DNA from: Heterostelium pallidum
Lineage: Eukaryota
Reading direction: 5' to 3'
Length of the DNA: 64,000 bases
Assembly (NCBI RefSeq): GCF_000004825.1
Contig: NW_008805103.1
Location: 183,941 to 247,940 of the forward strand
Positions 23,898 through 35,469 of this stretch are shown piece by piece (positions within the stretch are counted from its first letter, which is position 1; every line of letters begins with the position of its first letter). A program made the position numbers and the translations under genes. The notes under the pieces were generated by a model. That model had not been told where the DNA came from. It saw nothing but the letters and a program-made list of their open reading frames with translations, and did not search any database.

Positions 23898-25138
23898 TCA
23901 AGATGTTTTATGAGTGGTTGGGAAAATAGGCATGAGTGCAGTATCTCGAGGTGGTGGATTCTCTTTGAAATAGGGGTGTTCCAATGCTTCCGCTGCTGTT
24001 ATTCTCTTCTCTGGATCATACGTCAACAGTCTCGACAATAGATCATAGGTCTGGTCGGTTATATGTGGGAATTTATTCTTCAAATTATTATAACTAAATA
24101 AATATGATATAAATCAATGTTAACATTGAGTTTGTTGAGTTAATAAAGTAAATATTAAAGTTGATTGGTTCTTCTTTAGAAAAACTTACGGTTGTGGTAT
24201 TAAGTTTAGATTCTTAACCAATGGAAGTTTGTTGAATCCGTCCCAGATTTGTTCGTTGGGTGTGCCGAGAAGCTTGAAGATGCGGTCGAGTTGGTCGATT
24301 TCCGATGTGCCTGGCAGGAGTACTTCACGTGAGATAATCTCGGCAAAGATGCAGCCGACCGACCAAATATCGATGGGCGTCGAGTAGATCTGGGTTCCGA
24401 GGAGTAGCTCTGGCGCGCGGTACCACAGCGTGACGACACCCTCGGAGAGCGGGCGCAGCGGACTGCCGTACTCACGCGCCAAACCGAGATCGGCGATTTT
24501 CAACTCACCGCAGTTCGTGTACAACAGGTTCGCTGTCTTTAGATCACGGTGAACCACCCAACTCTGATGGAGAAACTTGACACCGGACAACAGCTGGTAG
24601 ATCAGTGTTTTGATCTCCGATTGCATCAGTGGTTTCTTGATGGCTTCGAGTAGACCGCGCAAATCGTGATCGATATACTCCATCACCATGAAAATACTCT
24701 TCTCCGAGGTGACGATCTCCTTTACATTGACGAGATGCGGGTGCTTCAGCTCCATCAACACACGTATCTCACGCACTGAAGTCAGTGGGAATCCTTCTTT
24801 TTCGTGTTCTGTCTTTATCTTTTTCAGTGCCACAATTTCATTGGTTTCTTTATCCATTGCTTTATCTAATTATATATATATAGATGTTATAGATCGTTAG
24901 ATAGTTAGATAGATAGAAAGATACAAAAACAAAGATCTTTGTCAACACAATGATGATGATCCTGTGTTATTAACAATAAACTTTCTCATTACTTACAAAC
25001 AACACCAAATGCACCTTCATTGATTGTATTTAACTTTTTATAACAATCAACGCTTCTACATGGTGAAAACGGTTTAAATTCTCTTTTTAAAACTACATTG
25101 TTGTTCTCTCTTTTATTATTATTATCGATAATCGACAT
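23898..25138 (-). CDS. cdk10: Cyclin-dependent kinase 10 (CDK10-like), 3 exons, 337 aa
   Basis: Exons 25138-24997, 24865-24190, 24093-23898. Short N-terminus ..[39 protein letters not shown].. then [65 protein letters not shown]-terminus ..[23 protein letters not shown].. matches CDK10. The short N-terminus argues against CDK11. Confidence 0.85.
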
Positions 25139-26108
25139 TTGTTTTATTTTAGAAATCTATGTTTCAAGATTTTGTTTCAAAATGCATTCTAAAAAAAAAT
25201 ATTTTAATGAAGCATGAACATGTTTAAAAAAAAGATTTAAAATTTTTTGGTATCTCATTAGTTTTAACAAATAATTGTATGATAGTTATTCCTCAATTAC
25301 AATTTATATTAATCTTCTAAATTGATAAATCACGAATCGAAATTTTTTTTTGGTATAAACTAAAAAGTCTATACCAAAGAATAGGTTATATCATTTGTTT
25401 TTTTCTGTTCAAATTTGAAAACCTTATTATATGTCAAAAAGATAATATTTACATAAATATGATATCTTGAAGTATTATTTTTTTTCCAATTTAAAGATTT
25501 TATGAAACTTATATGTTTATTTCATGGTTTTACAAGAGACTTTTTCTTGATCCTTTGGGATTCTGCAGAACTGTTTGTTTTATCTTTAAGAATTGAAAGT
25601 ATTAAGATTAATTTAAACCACCTATTCAATCAATATCATTTTTAAATTATTAGGTTAAACAGAATCTTTATACAGTATAAGAAAAATAAGCGAATACTTT
25701 CAAAAAATAATTAATAAATATTTCAGATTTGATTAATATATAGTTAAAAGGGAGCATTGTTTCAGTTTTTCGTACCCTGGTTGTCCAAAGTGCCAAATTA
25801 AAAAAAAAAGGGCCTATCTCATTACAATTTAGATTTTTTGTTGCCGTCATCTGAAAAAAAAACTCCAAATACGGAAATGTAAAAAAACAACAACTCAAAT
25901 GATTCGGTTGATGAGGGAAACAATTCTGAATACTAAATTGTAATACTTAAAACGATATTCATTTTAATTCATCAATATTTTTTATTAGTTTTACTTTATT
26001 TTTTTTTTTATCTTTTCTTTTCTTTATATATCTCTATAATTATAACTATTTATTAATTTATTACTATTTTTAAAAAGAAATAAAATAAAGAAAAAAAATA
26101 TAAAAAAA

Positions 26109-27899
26109 ATGAATATTAAATTAAATAGAAAAAAGAAAATATATTTAATAACTTTTTTTATTATATGTGCCATCGTTCTTATTGTAACACCATCGGCCTA
26201 TTATGGTGTGAGAAATAAGAGGGATTCCCACGATCGATCTAATCAACCGGAAGATATAACTCCAAATACAACAGATACACCATCGCCATCACCATCACCA
26301 TCACCATCACCATCGCCAACACCAAAACCATATCCAGCACGACCAATGATTGTTCCTTGGCCAGATTATATCACTTACCAAATGAATAGCTTGGTGATTT
26401 CCAACCAATTCCAGCTGCGTATTGTCAACTCGAAATCCGACATTTTGGCACAAGCTGTTCAGAGATATCAAGAACTGTTGCCACTCGACTATGTTGCCTG
26501 GACAATCAACCCAGAGTTACCGCTGTTAAATGCTTGTACAGTCAGTGTTGGATCCGACAATGAAAATCTTTTTCTCGGTGTCGACGAATCGTATCATTTG
26601 GAAATCACTGTCGATCAAGTATGCAGCCTCTATTCCCCAACTGTTTTCGGTGCACTCCGTGGTCTTGAAACCATTTCACAGCTGTTCGTTCTGAATGGAA
26701 CAACCGGTAGTTTGGTTTTCAACTACTATCCAGTGTTGATCAAAGACAAACCTCGATTCCCACATCGTGGAGTGATGTTGGATACCTCCCGTCACTTCTA
26801 TCCGGTTCCAACTATCAAGCAATTCATTGACACCCTGTCCTACGCCAAAATGAATGTTTTCCATTGGCATTTGGTTGATGCCAACTCCTTCCCGATGGAG
26901 AGTAAAGTCTATCCAAATATGACAATGGGTGCATTCAATGGCTTTGAAATCTACCGTCAATCTGAGATCCTAGATGTCATTGAATACGCCAAGTATCGTG
27001 GAATCCGTGTGATGCCAGAGATAGATGTACCGGGTCATGCAACTTCCTGGGGATTCGCTTTTCCTGAGGTGCTTCCGGATGACTTTAAATCGATGGACAA
27101 CTGTCATTCCGATAGATACACATGGGACAATGTTCCACTGGATCCAACCAAGCCAAAATCACTGGAAGTCGCCACTGCACTCATTAAAGAAACAATGAAT
27201 TTATTTAATGATGAATTCATTCATATCGGTGGTGATGAAGTCGATAGAAATTGCTGGCAGAGCAAACAAATCCAACAATGGATGAATGACAATGGATTCA
27301 AAGGATTCGACGATTTGGAGCGTTGGTTCGACAGCAAGATTCAAAACACAGTGATCGACAACAAGAAAAGTCCAGTCGTCTGGGAAGATTCTTTCTTTTT
27401 ATTCGGTAAACATTTAGGTAACAATTCAGTGGTGGATGTTAAGTTACCCAAAGAAACAATTATCCATCTCTATCACAACTTGTCGTTGTCCTCCGATATT
27501 GTATCGCAAGGCTATCGTGTCATCGTATCGAATGCATGGTCATGGTACTTGGATCTCAGACAGCCATGGCAAGTCTATTACGCCAATGAGATATCTCAGT
27601 GGATCGACAATGACGATGCCAAACAAGTGTCGTTGCTACTCGGTGGTGAGACATGCCTGTGGAGTGAGAACGCCGACGTCACCACCCTCTACAAGAAAGT
27701 CTGGCCAAAGAGCGGAGCGGCAGCCGAGCGACTCTGGTCCAAGGCGTCACTCAACGACACCGAAGAATTCGAACCACGACTAAAGTCATTCAATTGTCAT
27801 CTCTACTACCGTGGTTTCGGTGTAACTCAAACCGATATCTTACCAGGATCTTGTTTCGAGTCCAATTTCGTAAACACCTACCAAATGGCTCATCAATAA
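26109..27899 (+). CDS. Beta-N-acetylhexosaminidase, glycoside hydrolase family 20, single exon, 596 aa, with N-terminal membrane anchor/signal and (SP)n linker
   Basis: GH20 motifs RGVMLDTSRHF, HWHLVD, catalytic HIGGDEV, and the W..E and WS.Y regions. N-terminal hydrophobic segment IYLITFFIICAIVLIV followed by TPSPSPSPSPSPTPKP. Uninterrupted ORF. Confidence 0.9.
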   Translation: MNIKLNRKKKIYLITFFIICAIVLIVTPSAYYGVRNKRDSHDRSNQPEDITPNTTDTPSPSPSPSPSPSPTPKPYPARPMIVPWPDYITYQMNSLVISNQFQLRIVNSKSDILAQAVQRYQELLPLDYVAWTINPELPLLNACTVSVGSDNENLFLGVDESYHLEITVDQVCSLYSPTVFGALRGLETISQLFVLNGTTGSLVFNYYPVLIKDKPRFPHRGVMLDTSRHFYPVPTIKQFIDTLSYAKMNVFHWHLVDANSFPMESKVYPNMTMGAFNGFEIYRQSEILDVIEYAKYRGIRVMPEIDVPGHATSWGFAFPEVLPDDFKSMDNCHSDRYTWDNVPLDPTKPKSLEVATALIKETMNLFNDEFIHIGGDEVDRNCWQSKQIQQWMNDNGFKGFDDLERWFDSKIQNTVIDNKKSPVVWEDSFFLFGKHLGNNSVVDVKLPKETIIHLYHNLSLSSDIVSQGYRVIVSNAWSWYLDLRQPWQVYYANEISQWIDNDDAKQVSLLLGGETCLWSENADVTTLYKKVWPKSGAAAERLWSKASLNDTEEFEPRLKSFNCHLYYRGFGVTQTDILPGSCFESNFVNTYQMAHQ

Positions 27900-29159
27900 T
27901 CAAATCAATGTACTACTACAACTATAATATTAATAATAGATATAAAAACATATATATATCTCATCCACACAAGTATAATTTAATTTTATACAAAGAATGA
28001 ACAAACCTTAAAAATAAATCTATTTATTTATATATTTTCCTATTCCTAATATGTAATACGTGAATTCTAGAAAGAAATCAAAAGATCTTTTAACAAAAAA
28101 AAAAAATAATATCTAAAAAACTTCTAATAAGATAAACCATGAATGAATGATGTTTTTTTTTAAAGATGATTAAAATAGTGATTGATCAATGATGACACCA
28201 CCTTTTTACACATTGTTTCGACTACATTTTTTTACCAGAGAGAATTTTTGGACACCCTTTTTTTTTAAGATGTTTTTCTAAAATGGTGTTTATATGTTAT
28301 CATTGGGTTAAACACCACTTGAACATCTTATTGATTTGTTTTTATTTTAATTTTTTTTATGAATTAATTGAAAAAAACAAATGAAATTTAATTAATCACA
28401 TGTTCAAATTTTTCAATTTTTACAAAAATCAAACATATATTATTGATTAAACTAACATATACAAATACATACATATACATACATATAAATACTACTTATA
28501 CTTATATAATTATTTTTTTTATTATTTTTTACAAAAAGTAACAAATATTAATTTAATTACTAATATAATAGTTCTTTAATTCTTCAAAAAAATTTAATTT
28601 TTTTTGTTTTTAAAACAAAAAAGAAAGATAAAGAATAAAACAAAAATAGAAAAAGAAATAAAATAAAAATTATTTAATTACATTTACAAAAAACAAACAA
28701 AAAAACAAAAAACAAAACAAAAACAAAAACAAATATTATTTTAATTAATATTAATTTTTTTTTTAATCATATAATCAATTTATCAATTTATCGATTATTA
28801 CCACTTTTATATATTTATTATATATTTTATAGTCTAAGCAATATAGACTAACAAGTCATAAATAAACAAAAAGTTAATGGTAACCTTTTATTATCCATTG
28901 ATTCTTCACAGTCGATTATTTACTACATACAACATCGCTTTTCGTAAGCTTCAAATTAATCTTAGATTATAAACAATCATCATAATCATTTTCACGAAAT
29001 AAAACAAACATCATCATACACTCCAACCTAATAATCAATCATAACAATAAATACACACATATATATATATATAGATACTTTAATTACAAAATTTAGTTTA
29101 AAATATATCATAATTAATAGAGTAGTAATTTTAAAAGTATAATAAATCAATCAAATTAA

Positions 29160-32100
29160 ATGGCTTCTTCTCCAAAGTATGTAACATAACTCTAACTAAA
29201 ACTTATTAAAAATCAAAAAAATTGTTAACATTCATTTTGTTTAATTAAATAATTAATTTATGTTTTTTTTTTTCTTTACAGTGATGATGTCATTATAATT
29301 GAACAAGATATAAATGAATATGTGTTTATAGATCTTTGGGAATCGTATGATTCCAGTTTAATGGAGAAGTTCTGGCGTGAATTAGTTGTCAGTACTTTTC
29401 ATACATCGGACATACAGCCATTGAATGAGTGGACAAAGGCGCTATCAAGCGAAGCCCACGACAATGACGATATTCCTGATCTACATGTGCTGTTGGCGTT
29501 CAACGCAGGCGACATCACTAGTTTCTCACCGAAAGAAGGTGATCAAAATGAAATACCCTACAAACACTCACAAATCACCGCTGCAGTCATCTTTGAATAC
29601 TATTCAAATATAAACTGTGGACTATTCTTACATATGATAATTCATAAGAAATATAGAAATATGGTAAAGTAACACATAGCTGTGATGATGATAGAGTAGT
29701 GATATGATAAGTTAGCTAACTAACTAACTTGGTTTGTAATCTTCATTCTCAGGGACTAGATAGAATGTTGGTAAAGAAAGCAATTGAGATTCTCGATAAG
29801 AACGCTCATTCTCATGGACATTTGGCGGGATGTAATGCAATCTTTTTCGAGACGAAATCGGCATCCAACAACAATACTCCGCAGGAACAAGTGGATCCGA
29901 GACAACAGCATTCGATCTTGTTCAACATTGGCTTTAGAATGGTGGATTTCGATTATACAAAGCTGCCGCTGAAACGACTGGGAAAGTCGAATAACTTGTT
30001 GTTGACGGTGTACCTGAGTGCGCACATTCCTTCGATTCCAACGTTGGACGGCGACAAGTTCTACCTGCCAAGCGTGCTGCTAAAGAATTTCATTTACGAT
30101 CTCTGGGAGACGTCGTATCTCACCGAGAAGTTGGATACTAAGCCCGACGAAGATCCAGAGTACAGTCGGGTGTTGGAGCAGATCGAGTTGCGTGAGAAGA
30201 TTCCACTGCTCGATTTGCCTTGGGGTGCGGGTAAGCCGTGGACACTGGTCGATCTCTGGGAGGACTACGACGAGGAGCTACTGGAGCGTTGCTATCGTGA
30301 GTTGATGGTGCCCAGCGTCAAACACAGCGAGGTTTCCTCGCTCGCCAATGTGTTGCGTGCAATGTCGCCAGAGGGTAACGACTCTGACTTCTTGCCGGAC
30401 GTCCACGTTCTCATAGCGGTGCGTTGGCCACAAGAGTCAAAGACGCAACCAATGCATCCTATTATCGATGGACTCTGTGTGTTTGAGTATCATGCCGAAC
30501 AAAACTGTGCTGTTCTAACACATTTAATACTACAAAAGAAGAATCGTGTCGACGGACTCGACAATCTGCTGGTCGAGTCGACCGTAGATATCCTCGATGC
30601 CAACGCAAGAGAGCGTGGCAATCTAGCGGGTTGCAACGCTGTGTTTGTGCACATCAAAAACCCCTCCTCCAATCACAGCTCTGACATCATCGATATCTGT
30701 CAGCATCATATCACCCTCAACAAGATGGGATTCCGACTGTTGGATTTCGATTACTACTTGTCGCCACTCGATCCTAGCTCGGCACCAAAGAAATCGATGC
30801 TTGGATTGTACGTGACAGAGTTGATTCCAATTGCCAGCGACAAACCCTATATTCCTTTCAACTTGTTAAAGTCATTCGTTGAATTGCAATGGTCGAACGC
30901 ATTTGGCAGTGAACAAATCAAACTATCACCAAACACCTACGCAGAGTACCAGAGAATGATTGAACAGATCGAACTTCGTGAGCGTATTCCACTGCTAGAT
31001 TTACCTTGGGATCTAGGTAAACCATGGACATTAGTTGATCTCTGGGAAGACTATGATCGTGATCTATTAGAGCGTTTCTACAAGGAAATAATGATACCAA
31101 ATTTTCCAAACAAAACAGGTAATAACAAATAATTATAACAATATAAATATTGAAAAAAATTAATTAACTAATCTAAACTACCTAATTAACAAACTTTAGA
31201 ATTGGAACCATTGGAAAATTGGTTATTATCATTCTCATCGGAAGCAAGAGATGATCCAAATATTTCGGATTTACATATTTTGTTGGCGCTTAGATGGCCA
31301 CATGAATCACATTCTACACAGCCAGTTATTGAGGGTGCAATAATATTTGAATATTTCTCAGCGAATAACTGTGGATTGCTGACATACTTGATCGTTCAGA
31401 AGACATTTAAAGGAAAAGGATTGGATAGGATTTTGGTGGAAACTGCGCTGGAGATTCTCGATCAGAATGCTAAATCACAGGGATTCCTTCCCGGTTGTAA
31501 TGCAATCTTTCTCGAGGTGTACAGCGGTGAGAAAGTCACTATAAAGCAAGATGTGGTCGATCCTCGTATGCGTCATGCAATCTATCATCAAATTGGATTC
31601 CGTTTGATCGATTTCGAATATGTAGCACCACCACTCGCTATGGGTTACCCGAAACTCAAGCACTTCCTCCTCACCGTCTATCTGACGGAACACATTCCCA
31701 AGATGCCGCTCGAAGAAGGAAAATACTACTTGCCTGCATCGGTACTCAAGAATTTCATAACGGTGTTGTGGAGGAATGCTTTTGCCACCAAGAAAATGAA
31801 AGATCCCGCAGCAAGCGACGGCGACTTCCAGCGAATCGTTGAGCAGATTGAATATCGTGAGAAGATTCCGCTGTTGGATTTGCCGTGGGGACAGAGCAAG
31901 CCGTGGACACTCGTCGATCTCTGGGACGACTACGATGAGGAGCTACTGATTCGTTTCTACAACGACCTGATGATTCCGAATTTCCCGATCAAGAACGAAC
32001 TCGAGCCGATCTCCAACTTTATCAATGCACTCTCTGAAGAACGACGTGCCAATTACAATCCGCATCTCTCGGAGCTTCATGTTTTGCTTGCACTGAAATG

Positions 32101-33829
32101 GCCGACCGACTCGTCAGAGTTGCAGCCAATCATTGGTGCCGGTATCATCTTTGAGTACTTCCCGCTGACCAATTGTGGTTTGCTTTCGTACCTGGTGGTA
32201 CATCGTGTCTCTCGAGGTCAGGGTCTAGCCGGAGTTCTGGTGGAACGAGCTGTTGCGCTGCTCGATAAGCATGCCAAGCAACGTGGACAACTTGCCGGTT
32301 GCAATTGTATCTTCTTGGAGACAAACTCTGCCGAGAAGGTTACACTCCAACAGGATGTAATGGATCCGCGTATGAGACACACTATCTATCACAAAATGGG
32401 TTTCCGTCTCATTAATTTCGAGTATATTATGCCGCCACTCTGTCCGGGCTATGAGAAACTCAAAGGTGTACTGCTACTCACTGTCTATCTGACTCCACAC
32501 ATCCCTTACCAGGATTTCAATAACAATCGTCAGTACTATCTACCGAATATATTGCTAAAGAACTTTATTCATGCACAGTGGGAGAATGCCTATCGAAATG
32601 GACGTCTCAGTGTGCTACCCAACCAGGACATGGATTTCACTCAATCGGTGGAGCAACTGGAGTTGCGTGAAAAGATTCCACTGCTCGATTTGCCATGGGG
32701 AGACGGCAAAGACTGGATGGTTGTTGACCTCTGGGAAGACTATGACGAGGATCTACTCGATGCTTTCTACAACAAATACATGATAACACAGTTTGGAACA
32801 TCGGACGAGTTGGAACCCATTGAGAATTGGCACAAGGCAATGTCGGACGAAGGTCGTGACGACCCGAACATCTGTGATCTTCATGTACTGCTCGCACTCG
32901 GACTGCCTGGAGAACACAAAGGCAAAGGTCATAAGTATATTATTGGTGGTCTGGTGTTTGAGTACTATCCAGAGACAAACAACGCTCTGGTGACCTACTT
33001 GGTGGTCAACCAGAAATGGTCGGGCAAAGGTATCGGTACCGATTTGATTCTGCGTACGCTGACGATTCTCGACCAGAACGCCAAGCAAAAAGGTCACATT
33101 GCGGGATGCAATGCGATCTTCTTGGAGGTGATGTTCTCGCCACACTCTGATATCACAGGTGCACCAGACTCCTCGCTATCACATGTCTTTTTGTTTAACA
33201 AGGGTTTCCGTTTGTTGGATTTCGAGTACTATCAACCACCGACCTCTTTGAAAAATCCGAAATCCAATAATGTTTGCTTAACTGTTTTGTTGACCCCGCG
33301 TATCCCTAAGCATGGCGAAGGCAGTGAGATTCGCCCGTTTGTTCCTTCGTCGCTGCTTCGCTCGTTCATCACCACGCTCTGGGAGGACGAATGTGGACTG
33401 ATTGGCTACAACTTTGAGCGAGATCCATGCTACCTCAGAATGATGGACCAGCTCGACCAGAACGAGTACTTCCACTGTCTGGATCTGCCGTGGTTGAAAT
33501 CGAGAATCGAGCGTCATCCCTCGATGGAGCACCTCCAGATTGGACAGGACGAAAACGGCGACGACCTAGATTCCGGCTCCGACCTGAGGAAATCGATCAA
33601 CCAACACGCAATCTACCGACCAAACATCAGTGTCAGCGATAACACAGGATCGCCTGTACTCTCACCGCAATCAATCAACTCATTCGGACTGGGATCATCG
33701 CTGGGCGTCGCTCCACTCTCGCCGGCACTCGGTTCCGTCCTACACAACAGTCAACTCATACCAAAGAACAACACACTTGGACAGTCACTCGATCCAAATT
33801 TACTCTCAACATCAAAAGGTGATAAATAA
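29160..33829 (+). CDS. Large protein (~1464 aa) made of five tandem ~270-aa repeats, each with a GNAT-like N-acyltransferase core; 4 exons
   Basis: Exons 29160-29176 (MASSP.., donor GTATGT), 29282-29663, 29753-31118, 31200-33829. Repeat unit: ..DLWEDYDEELLERxY.ELMIPNFP..ELEPIENW..DLHVLLA..IIFEYF...NCGLL.YLVV(Q/H)(K/R)xxxGxGL..L.E.A..ILD.NAK..G.LAGCNAIFLE....DPRMRH.IYH..GFRL.DFEY..PPL....L..TVYLT.HIP......YYLP...LKNF....W.NA......IVEQIELREKIPLLDLPWG.GKPWTLV. The Q/R-x-x-G-x-G/A segment (QKTFKGKGL, HRVSRGQGL, NQKWSGKGIG) is the GNAT acetyl-CoA-binding motif A. Repeats 1 and 2 have degenerate versions (HKKYRNMGL, QKKNRVDGL). A Ser-rich C-terminal tail follows. Repeats are also recognisably similar at nucleotide level. 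Confidence 0.85.
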
Positions 33830-35469
33830 TAGCAATGAATAGTAATTTAATCATAAAAAAAAAAAAAACAACAAACAACAAACAAAAAAGAAACAAAAAA
33901 ACTATGATAATTCATTGTTAAATGCAGCTAACCCACTAAAAGTTCTATATTGGCAAAGGAGCCACCTCATCTGAAAAAATTTATGAAAAAAAAATAAAAC
34001 AAAAAAAATGAAAAATTAAAAAAAACCTTTGAAATTTCAAATTAAAACAAAAAAAATAAAAAAAAATCAATCTTATTTTAAAATAAATAATATAAATAAA
34101 AAAAATTAAATTGTTTTTAAAAAAAATGATCATTTTTTTTAAAAACAATTTAATTTTTTTTATTTATATTATTATATTTATTTCTTGTCTATCTTTATAA
34201 AGTGAAAATTAATTAGCGATCAAGTATTTTAGTTTGTTCAATCACCAAAACAAAAAACAAAAAAAAATTGTACGATACTAGTAATTAAAAAAAATTAAAA
34301 AAATATTGCAAATTTTAGAAAATGAATTAATTTTTTAAAATATTAATGGTTATTTAATTTAAATTTGAAGTGTAATAATCAATCATTATCTGATATTAAT
34401 AGAACAGAAGAGAAGAGAAAAGAAAAGAAAAAGAATATTTAGATATCTTGATACTATCATTGTATAACAATAGTTAACAATAATAACAACAACAAATAAA
34501 TAATACCACAACCAGCTTTTTTGTTTTGTCTAAACAAAACATAAGCAAAAAGAAAAAAAGTATTAGAAATAGGAATTACCATTAAAGCTCACAACAAACA
34601 CAATAATTCGAATCATCATCAAACTATTATTATTTTATTTGTTTTAGTTTATTAACAAAGTTATAAACATTAATCTTATAAGACTACTACTACTACTACT
34701 TTTAACTGATTACGATCTAAACTTCAGAAGTTGAAGAACCCTTAACAAACAAAATAGATAAATAGATAGGATTGTTGAAAAACAACAACAAAAATAATAA
34801 TTTAATTAAAATTAAAAACAAATAAAAATAAAATCAATCTAATTTATATTTCACCCTTTACAAACAAAACACACCTGCAATAAAAAAACACAACAACAAC
34901 AACAGTAGCAACACTAGACACAACACATATTAATTATCATTATATCATATCATATCAATAACAAAAATAACAATAATAATAATATATTAAACTAAAACCA
35001 GCAAACAAACCAAATATACTTGCTTTTCTTTGCTTTGCTTACCTTTACCTTTTATATAAATATATTTATTAATAATAATAATAATAATAACATACATCCA
35101 TATTTTGATAATAATAATAATATTTAAAAAAATTATAATTGTTAACCAAGAATAGTAATTACAACAACAAAAGACAGAGAACTAACTTGAATTCAATTTG
35201 AACTTAATATAAAATTAGAGTTGTAGGGAAGTTAGAAAAGTGGATAAGTAGTCGAACAACAACGAAGAAGAAGAAGAAGATAAGTTTAATTTAGATTTAC
35301 ACAGTTTAAGTCGGTAGTAGCAAAAGACAAAAAAAAGTGAGCAGGGGTGTAGAACGGATATTGATAACAATCATCACACACGAAGAGCGATTGAGCTAAG
35401 CTTTTAGCACAACCAAGTTAGTTTGTCGATTACTCGTAGTAATTACATTGATAACATCAATATATTGTT

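Noticed and set aside
24206-24475. ORF 24206-24475(-) [22 protein letters not shown]... and 24688-24900(+)
   Set aside because: Out-of-frame or antisense within cdk10 exon 2. The kinase frame explains the region completely.
26676-27783. ORFs 26676-26960(-) and 27436-27783(+)
   Set aside because: Antisense or alternate frames inside the single-exon hexosaminidase gene.
29756-33842. Numerous 60-130-aa ORFs on both strands (29756-30025, 30490-30672, 31475-31693, 32637-33145, 33278-33642 etc.)
   Set aside because: All nested in the GC-richer five-repeat GNAT-like gene. No independent signals. Typical shadow ORFs of a GC-rich exon.
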